A stretch of DNA of 64,000 nt from an uncultured delta proteobacterium (lineage in GTDB: Bacteria; Desulfobacterota; Binatia; UBA9968): positions 32,001-96,000 of the forward strand of contig CAVXEP010000003.1 of assembly GCA_963760795.1 (NCBI GenBank), in the 5' to 3' direction. The position numbers and the translations under genes were made by a program. Of this stretch, positions 28,701-39,861 are shown one piece after another. Under the pieces are notes generated by a model, which had not been told where the DNA came from, did not search any database, and saw only the letters and a program-made list of their open reading frames with translations. Numbering within the stretch: position 1 is the stretch's first letter; every line of letters begins with the position of its first letter.

Positions 28701-31700
28701 CGTAGCTCTCGCTGCGTTGGTGGCCATTCTTGTTGCCCTCCAACCGCCGGAAGTCTGGCCGATTGCGGCGCCGTTCGCTCTTCTCTGGGCTCTGTCGCCG
28801 ATGGTGGCTTATTGGATCAGCCTGCCACCGCGCGCAGCTGCGGCTCAGCCTCTTTCGGAGGATGACCTGCGCACGCTGCGCTTGACTGCGCGGCGGACGT
28901 GGCGATTTTTCGAAACCTTTGTCGGCCCGGAAAACCACTTTCTTCCGCCCGATAATTTCCAGGAAAAACCGACGCCGGTGGTGGCCCATCGCACTTCACC
29001 GACCAACCTCGGACTGTACTTGCTCTCGATCATCGCGGCGCACGATTTCGGCTGGATCGGCACGGTGGCAGCCATCGAGCGCCTCGAAGCGACGCTCGGT
29101 GTTATGAACGACCTCGAGCGTTTTCGCGGCCACTTCTACAACTGGTATGATACGCGTGACCTGCGTCCGCTTGATCCCAAATACATATCCTCGGTCGATA
29201 GTGGAAACCTCGCCGGCCACCTCATCGCGCTCGGACAGGCGTGCCAAGAGATCCTCGAGCGCCCGCTACTCGGCCCGCGTGCGCTGTCGGGCATCGCCGA
29301 TGCCATCTTACTCCTGCGCCAATCGGCACACGAAGTCGTTGACGATCGCCGCACCCAAACGGTCACCCGCAAGCATTTAAATGAGGCGCTCGGTGCACTG
29401 ACCGGCGCTCTTGAGCCGGTTCCTATGACGCCAAGCGATTGGGTCAAGTGTCTTACCGAGCTCGAGGCCCGCGCTCATACAATGGCGGACATTGCCCGCA
29501 CGCTGACCGCGGAACGAGGCGACAGCGCCGAGGGGGAGTTAGTCAGCGGGGCGGAGGCTGTGCTAGCGGCCATCGAAAGTCATTGGCGCGATCTCGACGC
29601 GGCAATTCCCTGGGCGCGGCTCTGTCTTTGGCAAGGCTCCGTTCAATCGCCCGACGATCCCCGAACAGGACTTGCTTTCGTCGACGCTGGCGCGTTTTTT
29701 TCCATCGATTCCCACCGTGGGCGGCACGCCGAGTTGCTGCCAGAGCGCCATCGCCGAACTTACGACGCTCCGAGCAACCGTGGGAACCAACAGCGCCGTA
29801 CAGGGGAATGCCCGTGGGCAAATCGATACCGTCATTGAAAGTCTTAGGGGCTCGACCACAGAATCGGAAGCGTTGCTCCAGCGCCTAACCACGCTCGTAA
29901 CGCTCACGACTACGATGTTCAACGCGATGGAGTTTGGCTTTCTCTTCGATCCGACACGCAAGCTATTCTCGATCGGTTACCGCGTTGCCGATAACCGCCT
30001 CGATCCGAGTTGTTACGATCTGCTGGCGTCTGAGGCGCGGCTCGCAAGCTTTATCGCTATTGCCAAGGGTGATGTCCCGCCAACCCATTGGTTTCATCTC
30101 GGTCGCGCTTTGACGCCTGTAGACCGGGGATCGGCGCTGGTCTCCTGGTCCGGCTCGATGTTCGAGTACCTCATGCCCATGCTCGTCATGCATTCGCCGT
30201 CGGGAAGTCTGTTAGGCCAGACCTGTGCTCTCGTCGTCCGCCGTCAGAGGAATTATGGAATCGAGCGTGGTGTGCCGTGGGGAGTCTCAGAATCGGCCTA
30301 CAACGCACGCGATCTGGAGCTCACCTACCAGTACTCGAATTTTGGCGTGCCCGGTCTGGGCCTCAAACGCGGGCTGAGTGACGACGTGGTTATCGCGCCC
30401 TATGCGACGGCGCTGGCGGCGATGATTGACCCAAAAACGGCGGCGGAGAATTTCGTACTACTTACCAAGGTTGGGGCGAGGGGACGCTACGGCTTCTACG
30501 AGGCGCTCGATTACACCGTCACGCGCCTGCCCGAGAACCAAGCCGTGGCCGTTGTTCAGGCCTATATGGCACATCACCAGGGGATGTCGCTGGTGGCGCT
30601 CGCCAATGTCCTCCACAATGGCGTGATGCGCGCACGCTTCCACGCCGAGCCGCGCATGCAAGCCACCGAGCTGCTCTTACAGGAACGGACCCCACGCGAC
30701 GTCTTGGTCACCCGGCCTAGAGTCGAGGAGGTACGGGCGGTCGCCAACGTTCGCGATCTGGTGCCGCCGCGCCTGCGGCGCTTCACTTCTCCGCACGATA
30801 TGACGCCCGCCACGCACATTCTATCGAATGGACGCTATGCGGTGATGGTGACGACGGCCGGTTCCGGCTACAGCCGTTGGCGCGACCTGGCCGTCACACG
30901 CTGGCGCGAGGACCGCACGCTTGACGCCTGGGGGACGTATTTTTTTCTTCGCGACCGGCATAGCGGCCAAGTCTGGTCGGCTGCGTACCAATCGACCGGC
31001 GTCGAACCGGACACCTACGAAGTAGCTTTTTCCGAGGATCGCGTCGAGATCCGGCGGCGTGACGGCACGATCGGGACCACCCTTGAAATCGTCGTCTCGC
31101 CGGAGCATGACGCGGAAGTGCGCCGGGTGTCGATCACCAATCTCGGGTCGCGAAGCCGAGAAATCGAGCTGACATCGTACGCCGAGATCGTCCTGGCGAC
31201 GCCGGCTGCCGATGCGGCTCACCCGGCTTTTTCCAATCTGTTCGTGCAGACTGAATTTTCCGCCGAGCTCGGCGCCCTACTCGCTACACGCCGGCCAAGG
31301 TCACAGGGCGAGCGGCAGATATGGGCAGCGCACGCCATCGTCGCCGAAGGGGAAACCGTCGGCGAGTTGGAATACGAAACCGACCGGGCGCGGTTTCTCG
31401 GCCGAGGGCGCAGAATACGAACACCGATGTCGGTCATTGACGGCCATCCGCTCTCCAACAGCGTCGGCGCGGTGCTCGACCCCATTTTCAGTCTCAGGCG
31501 CTGTGTACGGCTGGCGCCGGGCGCGTGTGCGCGGATCACGTTCTCGACACTGATCGCGCAATCGCGCGACCAGGCGCTCGACCTGGCCGACGAGTACAAC
31601 AATCCAGCAACATTTGAGCGCGCCGCCACGCTGGCATGGACGCAGGCTCAGGTGCAGCTACGCCATCTCGGCATCGACGCCGACGAGTCCCATCTCTTCC

Positions 31701-34700
31701 AGGAGCTCGCCAGCCGTCTCCTGTACTCCGATCCCGCACTGCGGGGGTCATCCGCAGTGCTCACTGCCAATAGCCGCGGAGCCTCTGCTTTATGGCGGCA
31801 CGGAATTTCCGGCGACCTGCCAATTGTCCTCGTGCGCATCGATGAGTCCGACGACCAGGGTATTGTGCGTCAGCTACTCCGCGCACACGAATACTGGCGT
31901 CTAAAGCAGTTGGCTGTCGATCTGGTAATCTTGAACGAACAGGCGCCATCCTACGCCCAAGATCTCCAGGGCCTGTTGGAGAGCCAGCTCAGGGCTAGCC
32001 AGTCACGTTTGCAGCACGACGGGCGTGATTCGTCGGGCCGCGTATTTATCCTCAAAGGCGATGTCATTTCGGCCGAGGATCGCACACTACTGCAGACCGC
32101 GGCGCGCGCTGTGCTTTTGAGCCGCCGCGGTACTCTGGCCGAACAAGTCGAACGTCAGCAACGATCTCAAACGCCTGCGCTTGCGCTAACGAGACATCCG
32201 CCGGTTAAGGCAGTGGAAGAAGTCTTACCACCGCGGCCGGATTTGCAGTTCTTCAATGGCCTCGGCGGCTTCAGCGCGGACGGCCATGAATACGTGACGA
32301 TTCTCGGCGCCGGTCAATGGGCGCCAGCGCCCTGGCTTAATGTGATCGCGAATCCAACTTTTGGTTTTCAGGTCTCTGAATCCGGCTCAGGCTACACCTG
32401 GTCGCTAAACAGCCATGAGAACCAACTCACGCCGTGGTCCAATGATCCGGTCAGCGACCCACCAGGCGAGACGATCTACGTGCGCGACGAAGACACTGGC
32501 GAGTTGTGGAACCCGACTGTCCTGCCGATCCGCGAGGAAGCTTTCCCCTATACTGCCCGACATGGCCAGGGCTACAGCCGCTTTGAGCATGAGTCGCACG
32601 GGATCGCGCTCGACCTCTTGCAGTTTGTACCCCTCACGGACCCAATTAAGATCTCGCGTCTCACAATCGAAAATCACTCAAGTCGATCGCGGCGTCTGTC
32701 GGTGACCGCATATGTCGAATGGGTGCTTGGGGTTTCGCGCAGCGCCGCCGCGCCTTTTATTGTCACCGAGATCGACAAAGAAACGGGGGCCATGCTCGCG
32801 CGCAACGCCTGGAACAGCGATTTCCCTGGCCGCGTGGCGTTTGCCGACCTGAGCGGGCGCCAAACCGAGTGGACGGGTGATCGGACTGAGTTCCTCGGTC
32901 GCAATGGCAGTATGGATCACCCCATATCCCTCGAACGCGGCAACCGACTCTCAGGTAAGGTCGGCGCCGGCCTCGATCCGTGCGCTGCCTTGCAGACGAC
33001 GGTGGAGCTTCGTCCCGGCGGCCGTGTAGAGATCGACTTTTTCCTAGGCGAGGCGCCAACCACGGAAGAGGCGCGGGTGCTGATCGCCCTTTATCGCGGC
33101 ACCGATCTTGATGCGATACTTCGCGCGGTCATGGAGCGCTGGGACAACGTTCTTGGCGCGGTACAGGTGACGACCCCTGATCGCGCGATGAACGTGATGC
33201 TCAATCGCTGGGTGCTTTACCAAACGCTGGCCTGTCGCGTCTGGGCGCGCGCGGCGTTTTATCAGGCGGGCGGCGCCTATGGCTTTCGCGATCAGCTACA
33301 AGACGTAATGGCGCTCATGGTGGCCAATCGAGACGTCGCGCGCGCGCAGCTATTGCGCGCTGCCGCCCGGCAGTTCGTCGAGGGCGATGTCCAGCACTGG
33401 TGGCATCCGCCCTCCGGCCGGGGCGTTCGAACCCGCATTTCCGATGATCTTCTATGGCTGCCGTACGCCGTCAACCACTACCTTGAAGTTACCGGCGACA
33501 ATCCAGTCCTCGACGAGATCGTTCCCTTCCTTGACGGGCCGATCCTCGAGGCTGGACAAGACGAGTCATATTTCGAGCCGCGTGTCTCGGCACAAAGCGC
33601 TACCCTCTTCGAGCATTGCGCACGCGCTCTCGACCGCAGTCTAGTAGTTGGCAGCCATGGCCTGCCGCTGATCGGCACGGGAGATTGGAACGACGGGATG
33701 AACCGGGTCGGATCTGCGGGTAAAGGCGAGAGCGTCTGGCTCGGCTGGTTCCTTCACACTATCCTCTGGGAATTTGCGCGGCTAGCCGACGCACGCGGCG
33801 AGCACCGGCGCGCCGAAATATGGCGGCTCCATGTCAGCGCGCTGAAAGCATCCCTCGAACGTGAGGCGTGGGATGGCGACTGGTATCGGCGCGCCTATTT
33901 TGACGATGGCACCCCGTTGGGCTCGGCGATGAACACGGAGTGCCGCATCGATTCGATCGCCCAATCCTGGGGGGTTCTCTCCGGCGCCGCTGAACGGGCT
34001 CGTGGAGTACGCGCCATGGCGGCGGCCGAAAAGTATCTCGTGCGCCGAGACGACGGTCTCATCCTGCTATTTACTCCGCCCTTTGACCACGCAAGCCCCG
34101 ACCCAGGCTATATCAAAGGATACCTTCCTGGCGTGCGTGAAAACGGCGGCCAATATACCCATGCGGCAATCTGGGTGGTCCTGGCGTTCGCCGCGCTCGG
34201 CGACGGAGACAAGGCCGGCGAACTTTTCGCTCTGTTGAACCCGATTAATCATGCCCGCACGCGCACGGGCGTCTCCCGTTATAAGGTCGAACCGTACGTG
34301 GTCGCCGCTGATATCTATGCCGAACCGCCGCACGTCGGTCGCGGCGGCTGGACCTGGTACACCGGATCTGCAGGCTGGATGTATCGGGCCGGCATCGAGT
34401 GGATCCTCGGCTTTCGGGTGCGCGACAAGAGACTTTATCTTGACCCTTGTATTCCACGCGCATGGCGGCGCTTTGACATTACATTCCGTTATCACTCGGC
34501 GCGCTACGAAATTACCGTCGAGAATCCCCACGGGGTTGCGCGCGGGGTTACATCCATTGAGCTCGATGGCGCATTGCGCGCAGGCAGCCGCATGTATGTA
34601 CAACTCGCAGATGACGGCGCAACGCACCATGTGCGCGTTATGCTTGGCGCCGAGGGTCCGTCCGTCGCGCTCCAAGACGCAACGATGCCAACCGCTGTAA

Positions 34701-34708
34701 CCCCGTGA
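25773..34708 (+). CDS. ndvB: Cyclic beta-1,2-glucan synthase (GT84 + GH94 phosphorylase), split by two frameshifts
   Basis: WERKRGKL, YVITLDADT, LLSHDLFEG, RQHRWARGDWQL, SWSGSMFEYLMP, GAYGFRDQLQD, GDWNDGMN, RENGGQYTHAA, GGWTWYTGSAGW. Shifts at ~27670 and ~29650. Confidence 0.93.
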
Positions 34709-34817
34709 GCACCCTGGTGGTCCGCTCAAACCGCCGGCAACATGTTCGCGCTGGATTGGCACGCTTGGGCGGACGGCTGTTCGAGCGGCGCGGTTTAACA
34801 ACCACGGTGTAACCACA

Positions 34818-35945
34818 ATGACAAACGTGACTTCCCTCCCCATGGAAATCCGCCCGACGCTGACGATCCAAGCCGGTCTGTGCTATGTCAGCTTTGCTTA
34901 CGACGCGGCGCGCTCCATCGATCTCGATAAGGCAGAGGCACGCGTTCATGAAGCTACGCAACGTTCGACCCTGCGGCACCAACGGCCCGCCGCGAGCTAC
35001 TTCGAGTATCAGCCAGCGCCGCTCCGACTGACTCAAGAGACCGAAGCAATCAAGCTTGGGGATTTTCTCACCCGACCGAGTGTCGATCTCCAGTTTTACG
35101 ATTTCGGCGCGGTGGCGGTGACCTATACGGTCGACATTGCCGGGCGATTTAGCGAACTGCTGACGTTGAGCGAAGAACTCTATGACAACGAGCCCTTGCT
35201 TGCCGACTCGCGGCTGCGGGTCGGCCAATTGCTGCAGGTCATCGGCGATGCGGCGGCGCAAGCCCATCACTCGCCGGTGGTTGAAGACTATATCGTCTTT
35301 CACATCGCGTCTTTTGTTGAAGCGATCGACGTCAACCTTTTCCATGCCGAGCATAGTCAGGAAATCGCGCGGATTTTGCGCGCCGAACGGCGGCTCTTGT
35401 CGGAGCAGGAAGTCGCCGACGCATTCGTCGCGCGGATTTCCTACGGAATGGAAGACCTGACCATCGTCGATTGGAATGCCGCCCTGCTCATCGATCGCGA
35501 GGGCGACGATGTCCGCGCGGTTCTCGAGTATGCCAATGTCGAGCTATTGGAAATGCGTTACCTGGATCAAAAACTCGACCACGCCCTGAACCAAGCCTAC
35601 GATACGCTTTCACAGCGCTCGTTCAGCCTGCCCCGTCTTTTAGGCTACTACGGCGCCGATCTGCGCAGCGTCGCCGAACTCCAGGTCGATAATGCGATCC
35701 TTTTCGAAGGGGTCAACAACACACTTAAGCTTTTGGGCGACCAGTATCTCGCGCGCGTCTATCGCTTGGTCAACCGGCGTTTTCACCTCGACGAATGGGA
35801 CACCAGCATTCTGCGAAAATTGCAAACCCTGGAGAGCATTTACGAAAAAATTTCTGATCAGGCCTCCAACCGGCGCATGGAGATATTGGAATGGGTGATC
35901 GTTCTACTCATCGCCTTCTCCATCGGCCTCGAATTAGTGCATTGA
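34818..35945 (+). CDS. Conserved hypothetical protein, RMD1/DUF155-like with C-terminal TM
   Basis: YDFGAV, VLEYANVELLEMRYLD, DQYLARVY, RMEILEWVIVLLI. Confidence 0.7.
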   Translation: MTNVTSLPMEIRPTLTIQAGLCYVSFAYDAARSIDLDKAEARVHEATQRSTLRHQRPAASYFEYQPAPLRLTQETEAIKLGDFLTRPSVDLQFYDFGAVAVTYTVDIAGRFSELLTLSEELYDNEPLLADSRLRVGQLLQVIGDAAAQAHHSPVVEDYIVFHIASFVEAIDVNLFHAEHSQEIARILRAERRLLSEQEVADAFVARISYGMEDLTIVDWNAALLIDREGDDVRAVLEYANVELLEMRYLDQKLDHALNQAYDTLSQRSFSLPRLLGYYGADLRSVAELQVDNAILFEGVNNTLKLLGDQYLARVYRLVNRRFHLDEWDTSILRKLQTLESIYEKISDQASNRRMEILEWVIVLLIAFSIGLELVH

Positions 35946-36069
35946 TCGCAACCGCCGGTATTCTACTTCGATATCGCTCTTTTCGACGTCACGGGACATG
36001 CCATTAACGGCAGCCAAGATTGGACGCTAGCAACGGGAAGTGTTCCCTACCTGATTTTTTTAACCAGGT

Positions 36070-37174
36070 CAGAATAGGCCGCCACGTCGACAAACATGAA
36101 CGCCAATGAAGTGATCGCCACTCGCGCCCGAGAGATCATAGAAAATCAAAACGTTCATCCCAACGATCATGTGAACATGTGCCAGTCTTCGAACGATGTG
36201 TTTCCTGCGGCGATCCACCTCGCCGCCGTGATGGAACTGCAAGAGCGACTGCTGCCGGCGCTCGGCCACCTACGCGAAGAGCTCTTGCGCAAAGCGCGAG
36301 ATCATGACGACGTCGTCAAGACCGGTCGGACCCATTTATATGGACGCGATGCCCGATTCGATTGAGTCAGCAAGTCGGCGGTTGGGCGGCACAGATACGT
36401 CTGGCCACGGATCGCCTGACCGCTACGCTGCCACGCTTGAGCGAACTCGCGCTCGGCGGCACGGCGGTCGGCACCGGAATCAATGCCCATCCAGAGTTTG
36501 GCGCCCGCGTCGCCGCGCGAATCTCGCTCATGACTGGATTTAGTTTTGTCGAAAGTCCAAATCACTTCGCGTCCCAATCCGCGCGAGACAGCGCCGTCGA
36601 GCTCAGCGACCAGTTAAAAACCTTGGCGCTCGCGCTAATGAACATCGCCAATGATCTGCGCGCTGGATGAACTCCGGCCTCTAGGCAGGACTCGGCGAAA
36701 TTGTTCTGCCGGCCTTGCAGCCGGGCAGCTCCATCATGCCGGGCAAGATCAGTCCGGTGAGTCGGTGATGATGGTTGCGGCTCAGGTGATCGGCAACGAC
36801 GCAACCATTGCTGTGGCCGCGAGCCACGGCAATTTTGAACTGCAAACGATGTTGCCGCTGATAGCGTATAATTTACTGCAGAGCCTGCAAATCCTAGCCA
36901 ACGCCAGCCGCCTATTGGCCGATACGCGGTAGCTGGGTTTACCGTAAACCGAGCGGCAATCGCCGCACAGATCGAAAAGAATTCAATCCTGGTGACCGCA
37001 CTGAACTCCATCCTTGGCTATGACAAAGCCGCCGAGATCGCCAAACAAGCCTACGCCGAAGGCCGGCCAATTAAAGATGTAGCGGCGGAAACCACAAGGC
37101 TCTCAGCGGAACAACTCGGCGGATTATTATTGGACCCGCGCGAACTCACGCGGGGTGGCATCAAAGGCGGGTAA
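36070..37174 (+). pseudogene. fumC: Class II fumarate hydratase, 5'-truncated and multiply frameshifted
   Basis: [60 protein letters not shown] spread across frames. Confidence 0.85.
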
Positions 37175-37399
37175 CCAGCGGATGAATCAGATGAGTGCTT
37201 TCGTCGCCGTTATCACCGGCCAGATTCTTGCGGAAAAAGAGCGGCATCGCCAACGAGGTTACCGTGGCGCAGTTGTCGCAGCGCCGGCGAGGGATGATTT
37301 CCTTCTTGGGGGGGAACAGACCTGGCCTGTTCCCCCCTTCTTTGCCTGATTGCTGTGCAGTTATTACGTCAACTAAGACGAAGATGAATCGTGGATAAC

Positions 37400-38242
37400 C
37401 TATTCCGCAGACCCCACGACGGGACGCCAGCGATTAAAGCGCTTCTCCACACGGGTGATCAACTCGGTTCCGATCATTCCGGTAAGCGCGAATACGAGCA
37501 CGCCGACAAAAACTTTATCGGTCTGGAAGGTGGCGCCGGCAACCGTGATCATAAAACCGATGCCGGCGGTGGCGGCATAAAGCTCGCCAACCATGACACC
37601 GACAATCGCCCTGCCAAGTCCGAGCCTCAATCCAGTCAGGATAAAAGGAACCGTAGAGGGAAGCACCACGGTCTTGAAGAGCATCCACTCGGAAGCGCCG
37701 AAACTCCGGGCGGCGGTAAGGAGATTCGAGGGTGTGGTCTTCACCCCATCGCGCGCATTGATCAAGATGGGAAAAACCGCGCCGAGGAAGATGATACCGA
37801 CCTTGGAGAGTATGCCGATCCCCAACCAGATGATGACCAGGGGCAAAAGTGCCACGCGCGGGGTCGCGTTCATCGCGTTGACAAAGGGATCGAATATGTA
37901 GGCTATTTTCTTGTACCAGCCGATGGCGATGCCAAAGGGAACGGCAACGACGACCGATAACAAATAGCCCCCGGCAAGTTCGATACCGCTGATGTAAAGG
38001 TCATTGTAGATTTCGCCGGAAGCAAACATCTGAAAGGCCGCCTTCCCAACCAAAGACGGCGCGCTCATGAACATCGGATTTATTAATTGAAAGGTATTTC
38101 CAACCAGCTCCCATATAACCAAGAAGATGGTAACCGCGGCAGTGCCGAGAATTTTCTTCTCCTGGTTCAGGTAGAATTTGAACAAAGGCGACGCCTCAGC
38201 GACGCGCACATCTAAAAGTAGTTCTTCGGTGGAATTAGCCAT
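37400..38242 (-). CDS. ABC transporter permease (NitT/TauT, SsuC-like)
   Basis: PRVALLPL...AARSFGA...GLRLGLG...GEL. Confidence 0.9.
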   Translation of the reverse strand: MANSTEELLLDVRVAEASPLFKFYLNQEKKILGTAAVTIFLVIWELVGNTFQLINPMFMSAPSLVGKAAFQMFASGEIYNDLYISGIELAGGYLLSVVVAVPFGIAIGWYKKIAYIFDPFVNAMNATPRVALLPLVIIWLGIGILSKVGIIFLGAVFPILINARDGVKTTPSNLLTAARSFGASEWMLFKTVVLPSTVPFILTGLRLGLGRAIVGVMVGELYAATAGIGFMITVAGATFQTDKVFVGVLVFALTGMIGTELITRVEKRFNRWRPVVGSAE

Positions 38243-38262
38243 GGTTTTCTTCCTTTCGTTGT

Positions 38263-38736
38263 TTATTCGGCGTTTGTTGATTTAGTCGGCGTCATATTAA
38301 CTGCAGTGTTAGGCGGCGCTTCGATACCTTCGATCAAACCCTGTAATATCTTCACGAATTTCGGACCGGAGGACTGCAATTCTTGCAGATGATGGAGTGA
38401 GAGTTTTTTGAGAAGCTCTTCGCCGTCGTGAGTCAGTTTGACCAGGACTTGCCGGCGATCGTCGCTGGCGCGCAAGCGCAAAAGAAACCCTCGGTCGGCC
38501 AGCCGGTCGACAAGCTCAACGGTACTGTGGTGTTGCAACTGCATCCGTTCGGCGAGCACGCCAATGGTGGGTTTCAAGTTCTTGGGTAATCCCTTCACGG
38601 CTAAAAGAAGCTGGTGCTGTTGGGGCTCTATCCCTGCGTGCCGAGCTGCGGTTTCGCTAAAGCGCAAGAAACAGCGAATTTGATAGCGCAACTCGGCCAT
38701 CGCTTTGAAGTCGGGAAGGTTTTTGTTGTTTGCCAT
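38263..38736 (-). CDS. MarR-family transcriptional regulator
   Basis: AELRYQIRCFLRFSE...QQHQLLL...HHSTVELVDRL...DRRQVLVKLT. Confidence 0.88.
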   Translation of the reverse strand: MANNKNLPDFKAMAELRYQIRCFLRFSETAARHAGIEPQQHQLLLAVKGLPKNLKPTIGVLAERMQLQHHSTVELVDRLADRGFLLRLRASDDRRQVLVKLTHDGEELLKKLSLHHLQELQSSGPKFVKILQGLIEGIEAPPNTAVNMTPTKSTNAE

Positions 38737-38742
38737 AATTAG

Positions 38743-38771
38743 ATCGTGTCACGATAGTATCGTAACAAGAC
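38743..38771. promoter_or_regulatory. Palindromic operator, probably MarR autoregulation
   Basis: ATCGTG-T-CACGAT palindrome plus degenerate ATCGTAACAAGAC, immediately upstream of the marR ATG. Confidence 0.6.
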
Positions 38772-39861
38772 ATAAAATATTTACTGGATTAAGTCAACCG
38801 CGTTGGGAATTTAATCACCTCTCGATTCACCCCTCGGGCGAACCGGTAGGCGCGGGTAATATGTACGACGGCTCCTACCTTAGCTTCCTTCCAAGAGGAC
38901 AGAGTCGGGTGCCAGGTGCTTGAATGAGCTTTTGACGCGTGCTCATCGCGGCAAGAATCGCCCGTCCCAAACCTGCCGGCGGAACGGTCGTCATCGAGCA
39001 TCGCTCCATGTTCGAGGAAGCAGGTGGGACAACGCCGTAACGCAGCGCTTACTTGGGCAATCGGGTTGCGTCGAATCGGCAATTGGCAATACCAGGTCGG
39101 ACCTATCAAATACCTCGGAATCAAGTCCTCACCGTCAACACCCATTGAGCAGCGCAGTCTTATAGTTGGGCTCGGCGTGGACAACTGCGACGCTGCATTG
39201 GCGTTGTCGTTATCTTCACTACAGCAAAATCATTTTTTCTCGGACAGGATAGCCGGTGGCGCCAGCGTAGGGTGTTCTTGTAATGCTTGACAGTTTGCGC
39301 GGCTCGCGCAAATTTTCTCAGCTCAGAGCGTCTCGGGTTCGGATATTCCTTGCGTCAAAAACGCTTAGGTGGCGCGAAGCATGAATCGCCCCTACTATTT
39401 TTACTGTTCATTTGCGTTTTTGGCGCGAGATATTCCGGTTTCGCTTGTGGCTCTGCCGCGCTTGGGTAGGTGCGGTTTTTTGCAACGAAAGCGCTCTTTA
39501 GGCCCGGAATTTTCCTAAGTAATTGGCCTTCGCGCAAAGAATTTCTTGACAACAACATTGAGCTAGGTAATGAACTTTGGCATTAATGCTTTTCGCCTAG
39601 AGTCTTCAACGGATCGGCGATTTCTCGCGGCGAAGCAATAGTCGCAAGGAGTATGGCTATGGCAACGCGACCGGCCGTCGCCGGCGGCAATGGGCGGCCA
39701 GACGCAATGAGCGCGTCTGCAAGAATTTAAAGGAGAGCGTGAAATCAATGGTCCGCAACGTCGTCCGATTATCGCACGCAAACTGCCAACCTGCTCGTGA
39801 ATGGTGAGCCGCACAACCAAAGGTCCGCCCGGCGCCAAAACCGGCGGCGAATGATTCACCG

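Noticed and set aside
25773-34708. Three separate genes or programmed frameshifting in ndvB
   Set aside because: The ORFs are consecutive parts of one known protein, there are no slippery heptamers, and indels are frequent across the window.
38850-39245. Decayed response-regulator receiver on the minus strand (ILL.EDNDNA...DLVLP)
   Set aside because: Only short words across several frames, too weak to call.
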